A stretch of DNA of 37,325 nt from a virus (Duplodnaviria; Caudoviricetes), in IMG/VR virus record IMGVR_UViG_3300032283_000266, positions 1 to 37,325 of that record; one strand, written 5' to 3'. Position numbers and translations under genes: made by a program. Below, one piece after another: positions 26,294-33,929 of the stretch. The notes under the pieces were generated by a model. It made no database searches. It had not been told where the DNA came from and worked only from the letters and a program-made list of their open reading frames with translations. Positions within the stretch are counted from its first letter, which is position 1. Each line of letters opens with the position of its first letter.

Positions 26294-26831
26294 GATCAGT
26301 TCCACTACCGCCTTGGGATTTTAGTTCAATGATTTGCACTGCCAACAAACGCAGTGTTACCCCTGCACCAATTGCAGCGGTATAAAACGGGCTGGCTTGG
26401 AAAGATATGCGGCCCGTAGTACCTGACCACATGCCGTCTAATGTGCTGCGGTCTTGCACGACACTACCTTGTGCATCAAACAACACAGGCTTGCGTGACC
26501 ATGCTTTGCCTTCACGATCAATGCCACTAGCTTTGCATTTTGTTTTTACAAAAAACGTTGGCCTGCCATTGGTTTCGTTGTAGCCCCAAGGCAAATCAGT
26601 CAGCTTGAATTTTGTTGTAGGTGACTGCGCTTTCAATGAAGCTTTATGCTCTTCAAGGAATTTATCCAGCTGATCAGCAAGTGTTGCCCCTTGATCAACA
26701 GGGCAGTGGCCTTGGCATTCGTACCTGCCGTCAGGGCTGAACTTTGTGTCAGGTTCCAGCAACTTTGGGTACTGGAAGGTAAGCAAAGGCGTGGTGAATT
26801 TTGCCGAGTTAATAAGGTTGAATTGGTTCAT
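26187..26831 (-). CDS. Single-stranded DNA-binding protein (gp2.5-like)
   Basis: PKLLEPDTKF, PVLFDAQG, GVTLRLLAVQIIEL; acidic tail ending DF. Confidence 0.9.
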   Translation of the reverse strand: MNQFNLINSAKFTTPLLTFQYPKLLEPDTKFSPDGRYECQGHCPVDQGATLADQLDKFLEEHKASLKAQSPTTKFKLTDLPWGYNETNGRPTFFVKTKCKASGIDREGKAWSRKPVLFDAQGSVVQDRSTLDGMWSGTTGRISFQASPFYTAAIGAGVTLRLLAVQIIELKSQGGSGTDHGFSAEEGWTPSASKKAETIPYNGEASVEFDPLDF

Positions 26832-29218
26832 GTGATGAAGTAGGTGGAGTTGCGTACAGAGTTAGTATCAAGTGTGCCCAATGACGGGCGTAGCGGAACT
26901 TTGTCCGCCACTTCCTTCGGTATTTGACTCACAAGTTGGGCCGTAATGTTTTCATAGACATTGCTGCTGTATAAGTTGCTAAATGAATTGCGTACGCTGT
27001 CGCGTAAAGTTGCCATTTCAGCTGGGGTTGTAGCAAAACAATCGTGTATCCCGCCAAGGTTGGTTACGCCATTAGCAAATGCGTCAATTGTAGTAAATGC
27101 CATGTGGCTAGCGTCTAATGAATGGATAACATTAGGGCTTAATGCTGTGCCCATACGTGATATTCTCCAGGACAATTCTCCTATGTACGCATGTACTCTA
27201 ATGCGCACGTCAGTTAAATACCTAAGCTCAATCCTTTCGCTAGCGTTGTCTGTGTACTTGTGAAAGACAGGCAGCCCTGATGGCGTTACCCATTTCAGCA
27301 ATGTTCCAGACTTGCCAGCTAACCGGCCAACAAACTTAAACCATTGCATCGCACTTTTTGCTGGGCCTATTACTTGATCGGTTTCGCGTACAACTATTGT
27401 AGTTAAATAATGAATAGCCTTTAGTGCACCCTTCTTAAAGCGCCAGCTTTTTGTATTGCCGTACAGCTCGGTAGTACGTTCATACGCCCAACTTTGCACC
27501 TGAGTTATATGGCTTGATCTGCCCGCTGAATACGGCACAGTCATGACGACAGGCTTAAGTAAAGTGCGATCAATGTTTAACTGCAGCCAGCTTTCTGCGT
27601 GTTGGTTACCTGCTTGTGCGTCTTCCCGCAAACGGTCCAACACCCTAAGCAAGATTGTTGTATAAATATCAGCAGGCTGATCAGTGTCCACTAGGTTTAC
27701 TAACTTGCCCATGCTTTCCGACCTAAGCAAGGCAGAGTAGTGTTGAATACCAGAGCATGTGCAATCAAGCACTACAGGCAATTGGCATACGTACCCAAAG
27801 CCATGCTTCAAGAACTGTTGATAAGCATGGCAGAAGGCTAAGAACTGCCACGGATCTTTTGCTTTAGACCAAAACTCAAGATGAACCCATGGGTTCTTGC
27901 CGCATGAATCTATTTGCCGTTCATTCTGTACAACCCAATCAATGCGTTGCTGCAAGTTAAGTTTGCTGTGTCCGAAAACGTTAGCTCCATGCACCCGTAG
28001 CCAGTTGAGTTCAGACTCATTGCTTATGGGTTTACCGTCAGCAAATTGCAGCAGGCTGCGGCCTATGTCGTTGCCTTGTGGGTTAAGAAACGGCGGGCGG
28101 TAATAGTATCTTCCCCTAAAATCTAATTGCATAGGGAAGTAAATCTTTTCGCATTGAACAAAACGATTGGCTACCCATATCATTTTGGCAATTACGACAC
28201 GTTTAGTTATTGTCTTTTCATTGCGTTCATGGATATGCCTAGCTTCCCATCGCCATTTCTGCACAATGGGATCAGTCTCTTCTAAATGCTTGGGGTACGG
28301 CGGTATTGACCAACCTTCTCTTGGTATTAGCTTGCCAATCTCTAGGCCCTTGTCCCAAGCAAATTGCAAGTGCTCTAATTGCCAGTTGTTTATTTGCCAT
28401 GGCACTGACTGCTGTTGGTTAGCAGCTTTAATAAACGGTTCGTCGCCTGTTATCTGCTGAGCTATTTCTGAGACGTAATCTTTTATAAGCTGCGAGTTAA
28501 TTACGTAACTGTAGTAACCGCCTTCTAAATCTTTATCCCATGGCCTTGGCGGGATGATCATAGGTAAACTAAATGGGCATAACAATTGACCAGCTGCAAT
28601 TGCATCCTTAATGTAAGACACAACTACATCAGTAGGTCGTATCATGTTTATAGTTTTGTTTTGCGTGCGTTCAGATTCAATGCGGATAATGCCAGTGCAT
28701 TCAATTACTCTTAACACAAGCCAACTGCCAGTCGTTACCCGCTCCCTGCCTGTCCATTGAGTAGTGTTTTGCATCCTAAATATATCTTCCTTCTTTCTTT
28801 TGCGCCTGCCGCGTATGGTTAGGAAGTATTGCATCTCTCTTTCTGTGGCCCTATCAAGCATGGTTTCAATCCATAACTTATCAGCCAAATCGTTAGCCAG
28901 TACATTAAAAGATACGGTGCTGCTTAATTGATCTACGCAGGTACGCATTGCTACAGCAGCAATCTTTTCAGGTGCTAGCTGTAGCAATGGTTGCAAACAG
29001 CTGTAGTTTATGCCTGCTTTGCCTGCTTTTATGTGCTCTGTTGCTGTTTTAATCTTTTCAACTAACGGTTCAATTCCAATTTCAGTTATCGCCTGGCCGT
29101 AATGACCAAGCGATTCCATTTTTTGTTCTTGCCGTTTAGCGTACATAAACTTATGGCGATCAGCACCTAGTTGGTACATCTCACGCTCAAGCTGTAGTTG
29201 TTCTTCAACGGTTGCCAT
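26828..29218 (-). CDS. Single-subunit DNA-directed RNA polymerase (gp1-like)
   Basis: PMIIPPRPW, DFRGRYY, DPWQFLA, DCTCSGIQH (motif A), RxxxKxxVMTVPY (motif B), PNVIHSLDA, IHDCF (motif C). Confidence 0.97.
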   Translation of the reverse strand: MATVEEQLQLEREMYQLGADRHKFMYAKRQEQKMESLGHYGQAITEIGIEPLVEKIKTATEHIKAGKAGINYSCLQPLLQLAPEKIAAVAMRTCVDQLSSTVSFNVLANDLADKLWIETMLDRATEREMQYFLTIRGRRKRKKEDIFRMQNTTQWTGRERVTTGSWLVLRVIECTGIIRIESERTQNKTINMIRPTDVVVSYIKDAIAAGQLLCPFSLPMIIPPRPWDKDLEGGYYSYVINSQLIKDYVSEIAQQITGDEPFIKAANQQQSVPWQINNWQLEHLQFAWDKGLEIGKLIPREGWSIPPYPKHLEETDPIVQKWRWEARHIHERNEKTITKRVVIAKMIWVANRFVQCEKIYFPMQLDFRGRYYYRPPFLNPQGNDIGRSLLQFADGKPISNESELNWLRVHGANVFGHSKLNLQQRIDWVVQNERQIDSCGKNPWVHLEFWSKAKDPWQFLAFCHAYQQFLKHGFGYVCQLPVVLDCTCSGIQHYSALLRSESMGKLVNLVDTDQPADIYTTILLRVLDRLREDAQAGNQHAESWLQLNIDRTLLKPVVMTVPYSAGRSSHITQVQSWAYERTTELYGNTKSWRFKKGALKAIHYLTTIVVRETDQVIGPAKSAMQWFKFVGRLAGKSGTLLKWVTPSGLPVFHKYTDNASERIELRYLTDVRIRVHAYIGELSWRISRMGTALSPNVIHSLDASHMAFTTIDAFANGVTNLGGIHDCFATTPAEMATLRDSVRNSFSNLYSSNVYENITAQLVSQIPKEVADKVPLRPSLGTLDTNSVRNSTYFIT

Positions 29219-29528
29219 TCGTCACTCTGTCAGACCAGCCTGCTTTGTACGCAGGCAATAAATATTCTTTGCCTAAAGGTGTAAGATCGCGGCCAGCCGC
29301 CCAAGTCTGATAACTTGCTTCGCATCTTGCTTCATTTGATAAAGTAGTTGGCGGGCGATCAGGCAACAAAGTCCAATGCGTTGTGCTTGGCATGTGCGGC
29401 CTTGAGAATTGGCCTGAGTACCATCCGTACCCTTCTGCATAAAACATTACTTCACCATTGCTATTGGCTTGGTTTTTAGTTGGCGCAAATTCAATGGGGT
29501 GCAAATCTTCAGGCAATGAGAAAGTCAT
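29205..29528 (-). CDS. Hypothetical early protein (THWxxLP motif, DUF551-like N-half)
   Basis: 107 aa; PIEFAP..THWTLLPDRP; overlaps the RNAP start. Confidence 0.65.
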   Translation of the reverse strand: MTFSLPEDLHPIEFAPTKNQANSNGEVMFYAEGYGWYSGQFSRPHMPSTTHWTLLPDRPPTTLSNEARCEASYQTWAAGRDLTPLGKEYLLPAYKAGWSDRVTNGNR

Positions 29529-29530
29529 TA

Positions 29531-29692
29531 CTAGTTTTTGGTTTGGTGAGGGTGGAGTTTGTTAAAGCTTTGCAGCTTGTCCCAAGCAACAGCTGCTTTG
29601 TGTTCAGCATCAACTGCAATTTGAATAGCATCTGTGTAATTAGAAATAAGCGATTGCCGCTTGTCTTCTATTAGCTGTTCCTGCTTTGTCAT
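29531..29692 (-). CDS. Hypothetical 53-aa helical protein
   Basis: Manual translation MTKQEQLIEDKRQSLISNYTDAIQIAVDAEHKAAVAWDKLQSFNKLHPHQTKN; ATGA overlap upstream and tight packing downstream. Confidence 0.7.
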   Translation of the reverse strand: MTKQEQLIEDKRQSLISNYTDAIQIAVDAEHKAAVAWDKLQSFNKLHPHQTKN

Positions 29693-29979
29693 GCTGCTTC
29701 TGGTGGTGTTGGTTGGTTGAACCTTGACACTTCATTGCGATCACGCCTACCTTTTTCAGTCAAGGTATAACCTGAATGGAACGGACGTATTAGGTCAGCG
29801 CTTTTCAGGATTTTTAACTGTTCAGTTACAGCATCAGAATACCAAACCTTGTCTTTAGTAAGAAAAGGCATACGGCATTTAGCTTCTAAATCTTTAACCG
29901 ACAAGGGTGACGGATAGGAAGCAGCTAACTTATTTAGCATTTCATTCCTAAGCGTTGCCATGGCTTGACTGTCATTCAC
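29689..29979 (-). CDS. Winged helix-turn-helix DNA-binding protein (MarR/PadR-like)
   Basis: PLSVKDL..QLKILKSADLI..YTLTEKGR wing signature. Confidence 0.7.
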   Translation of the reverse strand: MNDSQAMATLRNEMLNKLAASYPSPLSVKDLEAKCRMPFLTKDKVWYSDAVTEQLKILKSADLIRPFHSGYTLTEKGRRDRNEVSRFNQPTPPEAA

Positions 29980-30199
29980 TTAATACAACTCCTTTTGCAA
30001 CGGTTGGGAAAGGCAGTTCGACTTCCACCCAATGAGTTTGGACGTTATCAGAAATAAAGCTGGCGGAAGCGTTAAGTATTGAATGAGCGTCTTCAACAAT
30101 TTCATATTTGGGTTGGTTGCTAGAACCAACAGCAACCCATTCGCCCCATTCGTTTATTGCTATTGCAACAGTGCAAATAGCAACACTAGGAATTTTCAT
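29972..30199 (-). CDS. Hypothetical early protein
   Basis: ORF packed between neighbours; ATG MKIPS at 30199. Confidence 0.6.
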   Translation of the reverse strand: MKIPSVAICTVAIAINEWGEWVAVGSSNQPKYEIVEDAHSILNASASFISDNVQTHWVEVELPFPTVAKGVVLSE

Positions 30200-30392
30200 T
30201 AGGTTCCTCATCGGTTTGGTTAGTTAATAGATCAATCACATGCTCAGCAAAAGCGGCAGCAATGATTGTTGCTTGGCTATTGGGTGGGTTGCCATAGCTT
30301 GTTTGCCACCATGTCCGATAGCAATCCATCAATTCGTAATTAGTAAACGTGCGCAAACATTGCATTGGCTGCAATGCTTTTTGGTCTTGCAT
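30186..30392 (-). CDS. Hypothetical early protein (WW..SYG.PP type)
   Basis: Probable start MQDQK at 30392; first gene of the leftward operon. Confidence 0.65.
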   Translation of the reverse strand: MQDQKALQPMQCLRTFTNYELMDCYRTWWQTSYGNPPNSQATIIAAAFAEHVIDLLTNQTDEEPNENS

Positions 30393-30439
30393 TTTCGTGA
30401 ATGTTTTGGTTGTGGTAGGGCAGATTGCTCTGCTCCGGA

Positions 30440-30780
30440 AGCATGGCACGCCACCTGGCTGCATGTCTACAAAGGTGCAGGAAATCTACACATTCGAAAT
30501 CTACACATTCATATGCGTGCACGCGCGGGCGGGCGCGCGGGCGCGCGGGTTACATCTTTGGGCCCAAGCCCATATGCGGGAATGATTCCCATTTCCAAAC
30601 CTATGGGCGGGCTTGGCAAGAATGGTTCCCATTCCCAAGTATGGGCCAATTGTTAAGAAATAATCAAACCTGTGGGCGGATGGTTGCATCACCCTTCGCC
30701 GGGTGTATTGTTTGTTAGTAAGCCGGCGGGGTGACCCTTCACCGCCAGCGCTTGCAACCCACCACCACCACCCCGGACCC
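30440..30780. promoter_or_regulatory. Divergent control region with tandem, palindromic and GC-rich repeats
   Basis: GAAATCTACACATTC x2 (30481-30510); GCGCGG array; GGGAATGATTCCC palindrome (30578-30590) and a variant copy 40 bp on; lies between divergent operons. Confidence 0.65.
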
Positions 30781-31119
30781 ATGACCACTACCACCACAGC
30801 ACCACGCTTTAAGCAGGGCCAAAACCTGCCAGCACCAGCCCGCGCATATAGCAACCGTTTAGAAAATGCCACCGGCTACACCGTGGCCAGCCAATACGAC
30901 AGGCGAGAAGATGCTTTCCTTTGGTACTTGGTCGACTGCTGCGGCGATATTGAAGGCGATGGATGGCAGACCTTTGCCGACCTGGTATCCGATACCGAGG
31001 AGCAGGTGACCGATTACGAATATGAACTTGATCTATGTGAAGGCAAGCTATACGAGGGCCACTGGTTGGCTGCTTGCTCTGAGTTTGACGGGATCAGCGA
31101 TGCAGACGGTGGCCTGTGA
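30781..31119 (+). CDS. Hypothetical acidic protein, 112 aa
   Basis: ATG at 30781 in the duplicated leader ACCACCCCGGACCCATG. Confidence 0.75.
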   Translation: MTTTTTAPRFKQGQNLPAPARAYSNRLENATGYTVASQYDRREDAFLWYLVDCCGDIEGDGWQTFADLVSDTEEQVTDYEYELDLCEGKLYEGHWLAACSEFDGISDADGGL

Positions 31120-31358
31120 TGGAACTTGAATATTGGGTTTGCTTTACCGATCAGCGCGACCCGGCCCGGGTCGTTGACCCTATCGCTGAGGGACTTATTA
31201 GTCCCGGTGTTCGCCGGGTTTTTGTTGGTCCTGAAGCTGAGCTGAATGCAATTGATCTGGCCACAACCTTGAACAACTGGCCCAGTTGTGCAGCTTGGCC
31301 CAATGTTTCCATGCCTGGCCACATCAAGGCCCATGTTTCCGCCTTTATTGGCGTTTAA
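31119..31358 (+). CDS. Hypothetical protein, 79 aa
   Basis: TGATG coupling to the upstream gene. Confidence 0.65.
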   Translation: MELEYWVCFTDQRDPARVVDPIAEGLISPGVRRVFVGPEAELNAIDLATTLNNWPSCAAWPNVSMPGHIKAHVSAFIGV

Positions 31359-31379
31359 TCCCACAACCACCCCGGACCC

Positions 31380-31733
31380 ATGACCACCACCACCGCACCA
31401 CGTCCAACCATTGCAGCTAACCAAGGCCACCCCGTCACAGATACAAACCTGTTGACAGGCCCCGTAATAGTCACCCGTTACATGGGCCCTACCAATTCCC
31501 TTGGCTCTCGCGTTAAGGCCACCCATCATCGGGACTCTGCTTGCACTTGGCGTGCTGTCCTGCATTGGGACTACAGCCTCGATTCAACAACTAACCACCA
31601 ACTGGCAGCCGAGCGCTTGCTTGGAAAATGGATGTCAAGTGACGACCTAGTGATTGTTGGCCGCGGCCATGATCACAACGCCTATTACTGGCTAGTGGTT
31701 GGAGCTTGGCAGCTAATGAAGGCTCAACCATGA
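31380..31733 (+). CDS. Hypothetical early phage protein (T.Y.GPTN..GSRVKA type)
   Basis: 117 aa; same leader and MTTTT-APR start as 30781. Confidence 0.8.
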   Translation: MTTTTAPRPTIAANQGHPVTDTNLLTGPVIVTRYMGPTNSLGSRVKATHHRDSACTWRAVLHWDYSLDSTTNHQLAAERLLGKWMSSDDLVIVGRGHDHNAYYWLVVGAWQLMKAQP

Positions 31734-31915
31734 ACCGCTACATCGTCACAGCAACAGCAGCGACAGCCTGTCTCTGGCTTATTGCTCTGCAACACCTAGC
31801 CAACCTTCCAGGCCCTAGCTCGACCTACATCACCACCCCAACCAACAACAGCAACAACACCAGCTCTACCTACAAACATCCCAGCCCTTCCACCTACCAA
31901 CCCCTGCCCGACTAG
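31730..31915 (+). CDS. Small membrane/secreted protein, 61 aa
   Basis: ATGA overlap; N-terminal hydrophobic helix then S/T/N/P-rich tail; followed by a terminator. Confidence 0.6.
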   Translation: MNRYIVTATAATACLWLIALQHLANLPGPSSTYITTPTNNSNNTSSTYKHPSPSTYQPLPD

Positions 31916-31948
31916 CTTGTAGTCGAGGCATGTGAACCACACCAACCC

Positions 31949-31985
31949 AACCCCTAGCAGCTAACCCCTGCTAGGGGTTCTTTTT
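31949..31985 (+). terminator. Intrinsic terminator
   Basis: Perfect 12-bp stem AACCCCTAGCAG/CTGCTAGGGGTT, 7-nt loop, then CTTTTT. Confidence 0.9.
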
Positions 31986-31989
31986 GTGC

Positions 31990-32860
31990 CCTTACACCTT
32001 CCACCCCTAAGACCCACCACAGGCCCCGCCAACGGCGCTTACCTGTGGCCTACCACCTCCTACACCTAACCCCTACCCCAACCCCTCCCACAGCCCACTA
32101 CAGGCCCAACCAGCGGCCAACTTTGGCTTGGGCGGCCACACCCAAACAAAGGCTTAGCCTGGCCATCTGCAACCTCTCAGACCTCCGCCGTTAGGCGCTT
32201 CCCTGAGCTGTCCTGAGCCTGCATAACTGTCTAAACCACAGGTACGCAAGGCCCCAGAACCCTGTGCTGGCCTGGGTTGCCTTGGGTGTCCTGTCCAAGG
32301 GTGGCCAGGGTTGGACCGGATACCCCCACCCCCCCCCTGCGATTTACGCCTACGGCGGCAGGCCCCAGGGGGGTGAAGGCCGCCGAGCCCCTACGTATAA
32401 GCCCCAGAGATTTAGCGAACAAAAACCAAGGTTGGCTGCAGGTTGGCCTGGGTTAGCGCTAGCCGGTTGTGCCGTTTGTCCTTACTGTTCTTAATTGTTA
32501 AGAAAGGTTATCAAGGAGAGGGACGGTGGGGGGGGGTGTTCCGCCTCGCCCCTGCTCGGCGGGACGCTAGTAACAGCTGTGGTTAGCTGTTTTTAGCTGT
32601 GGGGTTTACCCATGGTTGATGTTGGGTTAGATCCAACCCCCTGGCGGGGGTTCCCCCCTTGGGGGTCGGATACCTTGGCTAAACCTGGTTGGAATAGCGA
32701 CTTAGTAGCTTGGTGCCTTTTGCTTAAGGAGCACTAAGCCTTAGATCCTACACACCCCCACCAAGCGCAGTTATGACAGGGCAGGAATTGGCACATGTCT
32801 AAAGAAGTAAGTGTTTAGGTGTTGGTGTGGTTTAGAGTGTGGACGGTTCCGTGGTGGGGC
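31990..32860. other. Non-coding region, probable physical genome terminus / packaging region
   Basis: No convincing ORF; C-rich to G-rich switch; inverted repeats; located between the early genes and terminase. Confidence 0.6.
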
Positions 32861-32942
32861 TATTGGATCGAAGAGAGGGTTGCTGTTCGGGGAACCGTTA
32901 GGCTTGGCAAGCGAAACGACGACTACAGTGACCCTCTGATCC
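32843..32942 (+). promoter_or_regulatory. Structured RNA element upstream of terS
   Basis: 13-bp stem 32874-32886/32925-32937 with two G-U pairs; GGATC/GATCC base stem; competing 8-bp pairing 32843-32850/32891-32898. Confidence 0.55.
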
Positions 32943-32951
32943 TTTGAAGCC

Positions 32952-33188
32952 ATGCCAAACCCAAAAGACATTAATGAGCAACTCTCTGATCTTCATGCAG
33001 GCTTAGTGCAACTGCTAAAGGAGCGTTTAGACGACGGCACGATTAGTGGATCTGAATTAAATGTGTTGCGTCAATTCCTTAAAGACAATCAGATCTCAGC
33101 AACACCAGTTGAAGGGACACCTTTTGGTGATTTAGTGTCAAAGCTGCCAAATCTTGATAAGGTGGTACAGTTCCGTCGTAGCGCTTAA
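32952..33188 (+). CDS. terS: Terminase small subunit (gp18-like DNA maturase A)
   Basis: LSDLH..L.ERL....SELNVLRQFLKDNQI..L...LP pattern; upstream of terL. Confidence 0.85.
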   Translation: MPNPKDINEQLSDLHAGLVQLLKERLDDGTISGSELNVLRQFLKDNQISATPVEGTPFGDLVSKLPNLDKVVQFRRSA

Positions 33189-33202
33189 ACAGCTTAATTC
33201 CC

Positions 33203-33607
33203 ATGACTGCTACTATTCCCGCTGGTTATTTCATCAGAACTCCTGAAACCATCGCTGTAGCAGCAGCTACAAGCATTGGCGTAAGTGCTGGTGCCTGTGG
33301 TGCTGTTACGCAAGGAACAAGCAAAACAACAGGCGTGACTCTTAGCACCAAGGCAGGTGTTATCACCATGAACGCTGCTGCTTTGGCCAGCGCTGCAACT
33401 GTTAAGTTCACTCAAACCAACACTGCTTGCAGCGCTACTGACGTTGTGATCTGCAACCAAGGCGGTGGTGGTACATCTAACGCATACAGCGTTCATGCTT
33501 GTGCTCAAGATGGTTCTATTGATTACCGCGTTGTGAACAACACAGCTGGCTCTTTGTCAGAAGCGTTGACCATCAACTTTATTGTTATTGACAGTCAGGC
33601 TGGTTAA
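33203..33607 (+). CDS. Probable virion structural protein (beta-rich, GAVTQ.TSKTTGVTL)
   Basis: 134 aa, A/T/G/S-rich; TAATG coupling to the next gene. Confidence 0.6.
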   Translation: MTATIPAGYFIRTPETIAVAAATSIGVSAGACGAVTQGTSKTTGVTLSTKAGVITMNAAALASAATVKFTQTNTACSATDVVICNQGGGGTSNAYSVHACAQDGSIDYRVVNNTAGSLSEALTINFIVIDSQAG

Positions 33608-33927
33608 TGGCATTACCTAACGTTACTGCTTTTACTGCTCTGACAGCAGTTGGTGCCACTGGTTTTATTGCCAATAGTTCGTCTAGCTTTTGCTTTCAAG
33701 TTGTCGTTGCTAATATTGGTACTAGCGTTGTCATACGCTTTCAAGGTTCTAATGACGGTACCAATTTCTTTAACCTGCAAGCATCTGACAACACAATTAC
33801 AGCTAACGGTGTGTACGGTTACGCAATATCTGGGTTCCCTTGCCTTTATGTAAGGGCTAATTTAATTACCATTCTTACCGGTTCACCTACAGTTACGGTT
33901 ACGTTGGCGCAAGATACCGCACCCTAA
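33607..33927 (+). CDS. Probable jelly-roll capsid decoration/vertex protein
   Basis: 106 aa, alternating beta pattern, FQGSNDGTNF..YVRA. Confidence 0.55.
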   Translation: MALPNVTAFTALTAVGATGFIANSSSSFCFQVVVANIGTSVVIRFQGSNDGTNFFNLQASDNTITANGVYGYAISGFPCLYVRANLITILTGSPTVTVTLAQDTAP

Positions 33928-33929
33928 TT

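Noticed and set aside
27520-27570. RNAP motif B ending PYS instead of T7 YG as a sign of inactivation
   Set aside because: The catalytic Asp residues and the motif B Lys and Tyr are intact; to my knowledge this position varies in cyanophage RNAPs.
30240-30872. Several overlapping ORFs across the divergent control region
   Set aside because: They translate repeats (ARAGGRAGAR), conflict with each other and lack plausible protein composition.
29205-31915. Lysogeny module (integrase/attP) near RNAP
   Set aside because: No tyrosine or serine recombinase motifs and no ORF of adequate size.
32231-32971. 60-76 aa ORFs in the terminal region; tRNA or protelomerase-type palindrome
   Set aside because: Low-complexity chance ORFs; no cloverleaf or T-loop, no long perfect palindrome and no protelomerase gene seen.
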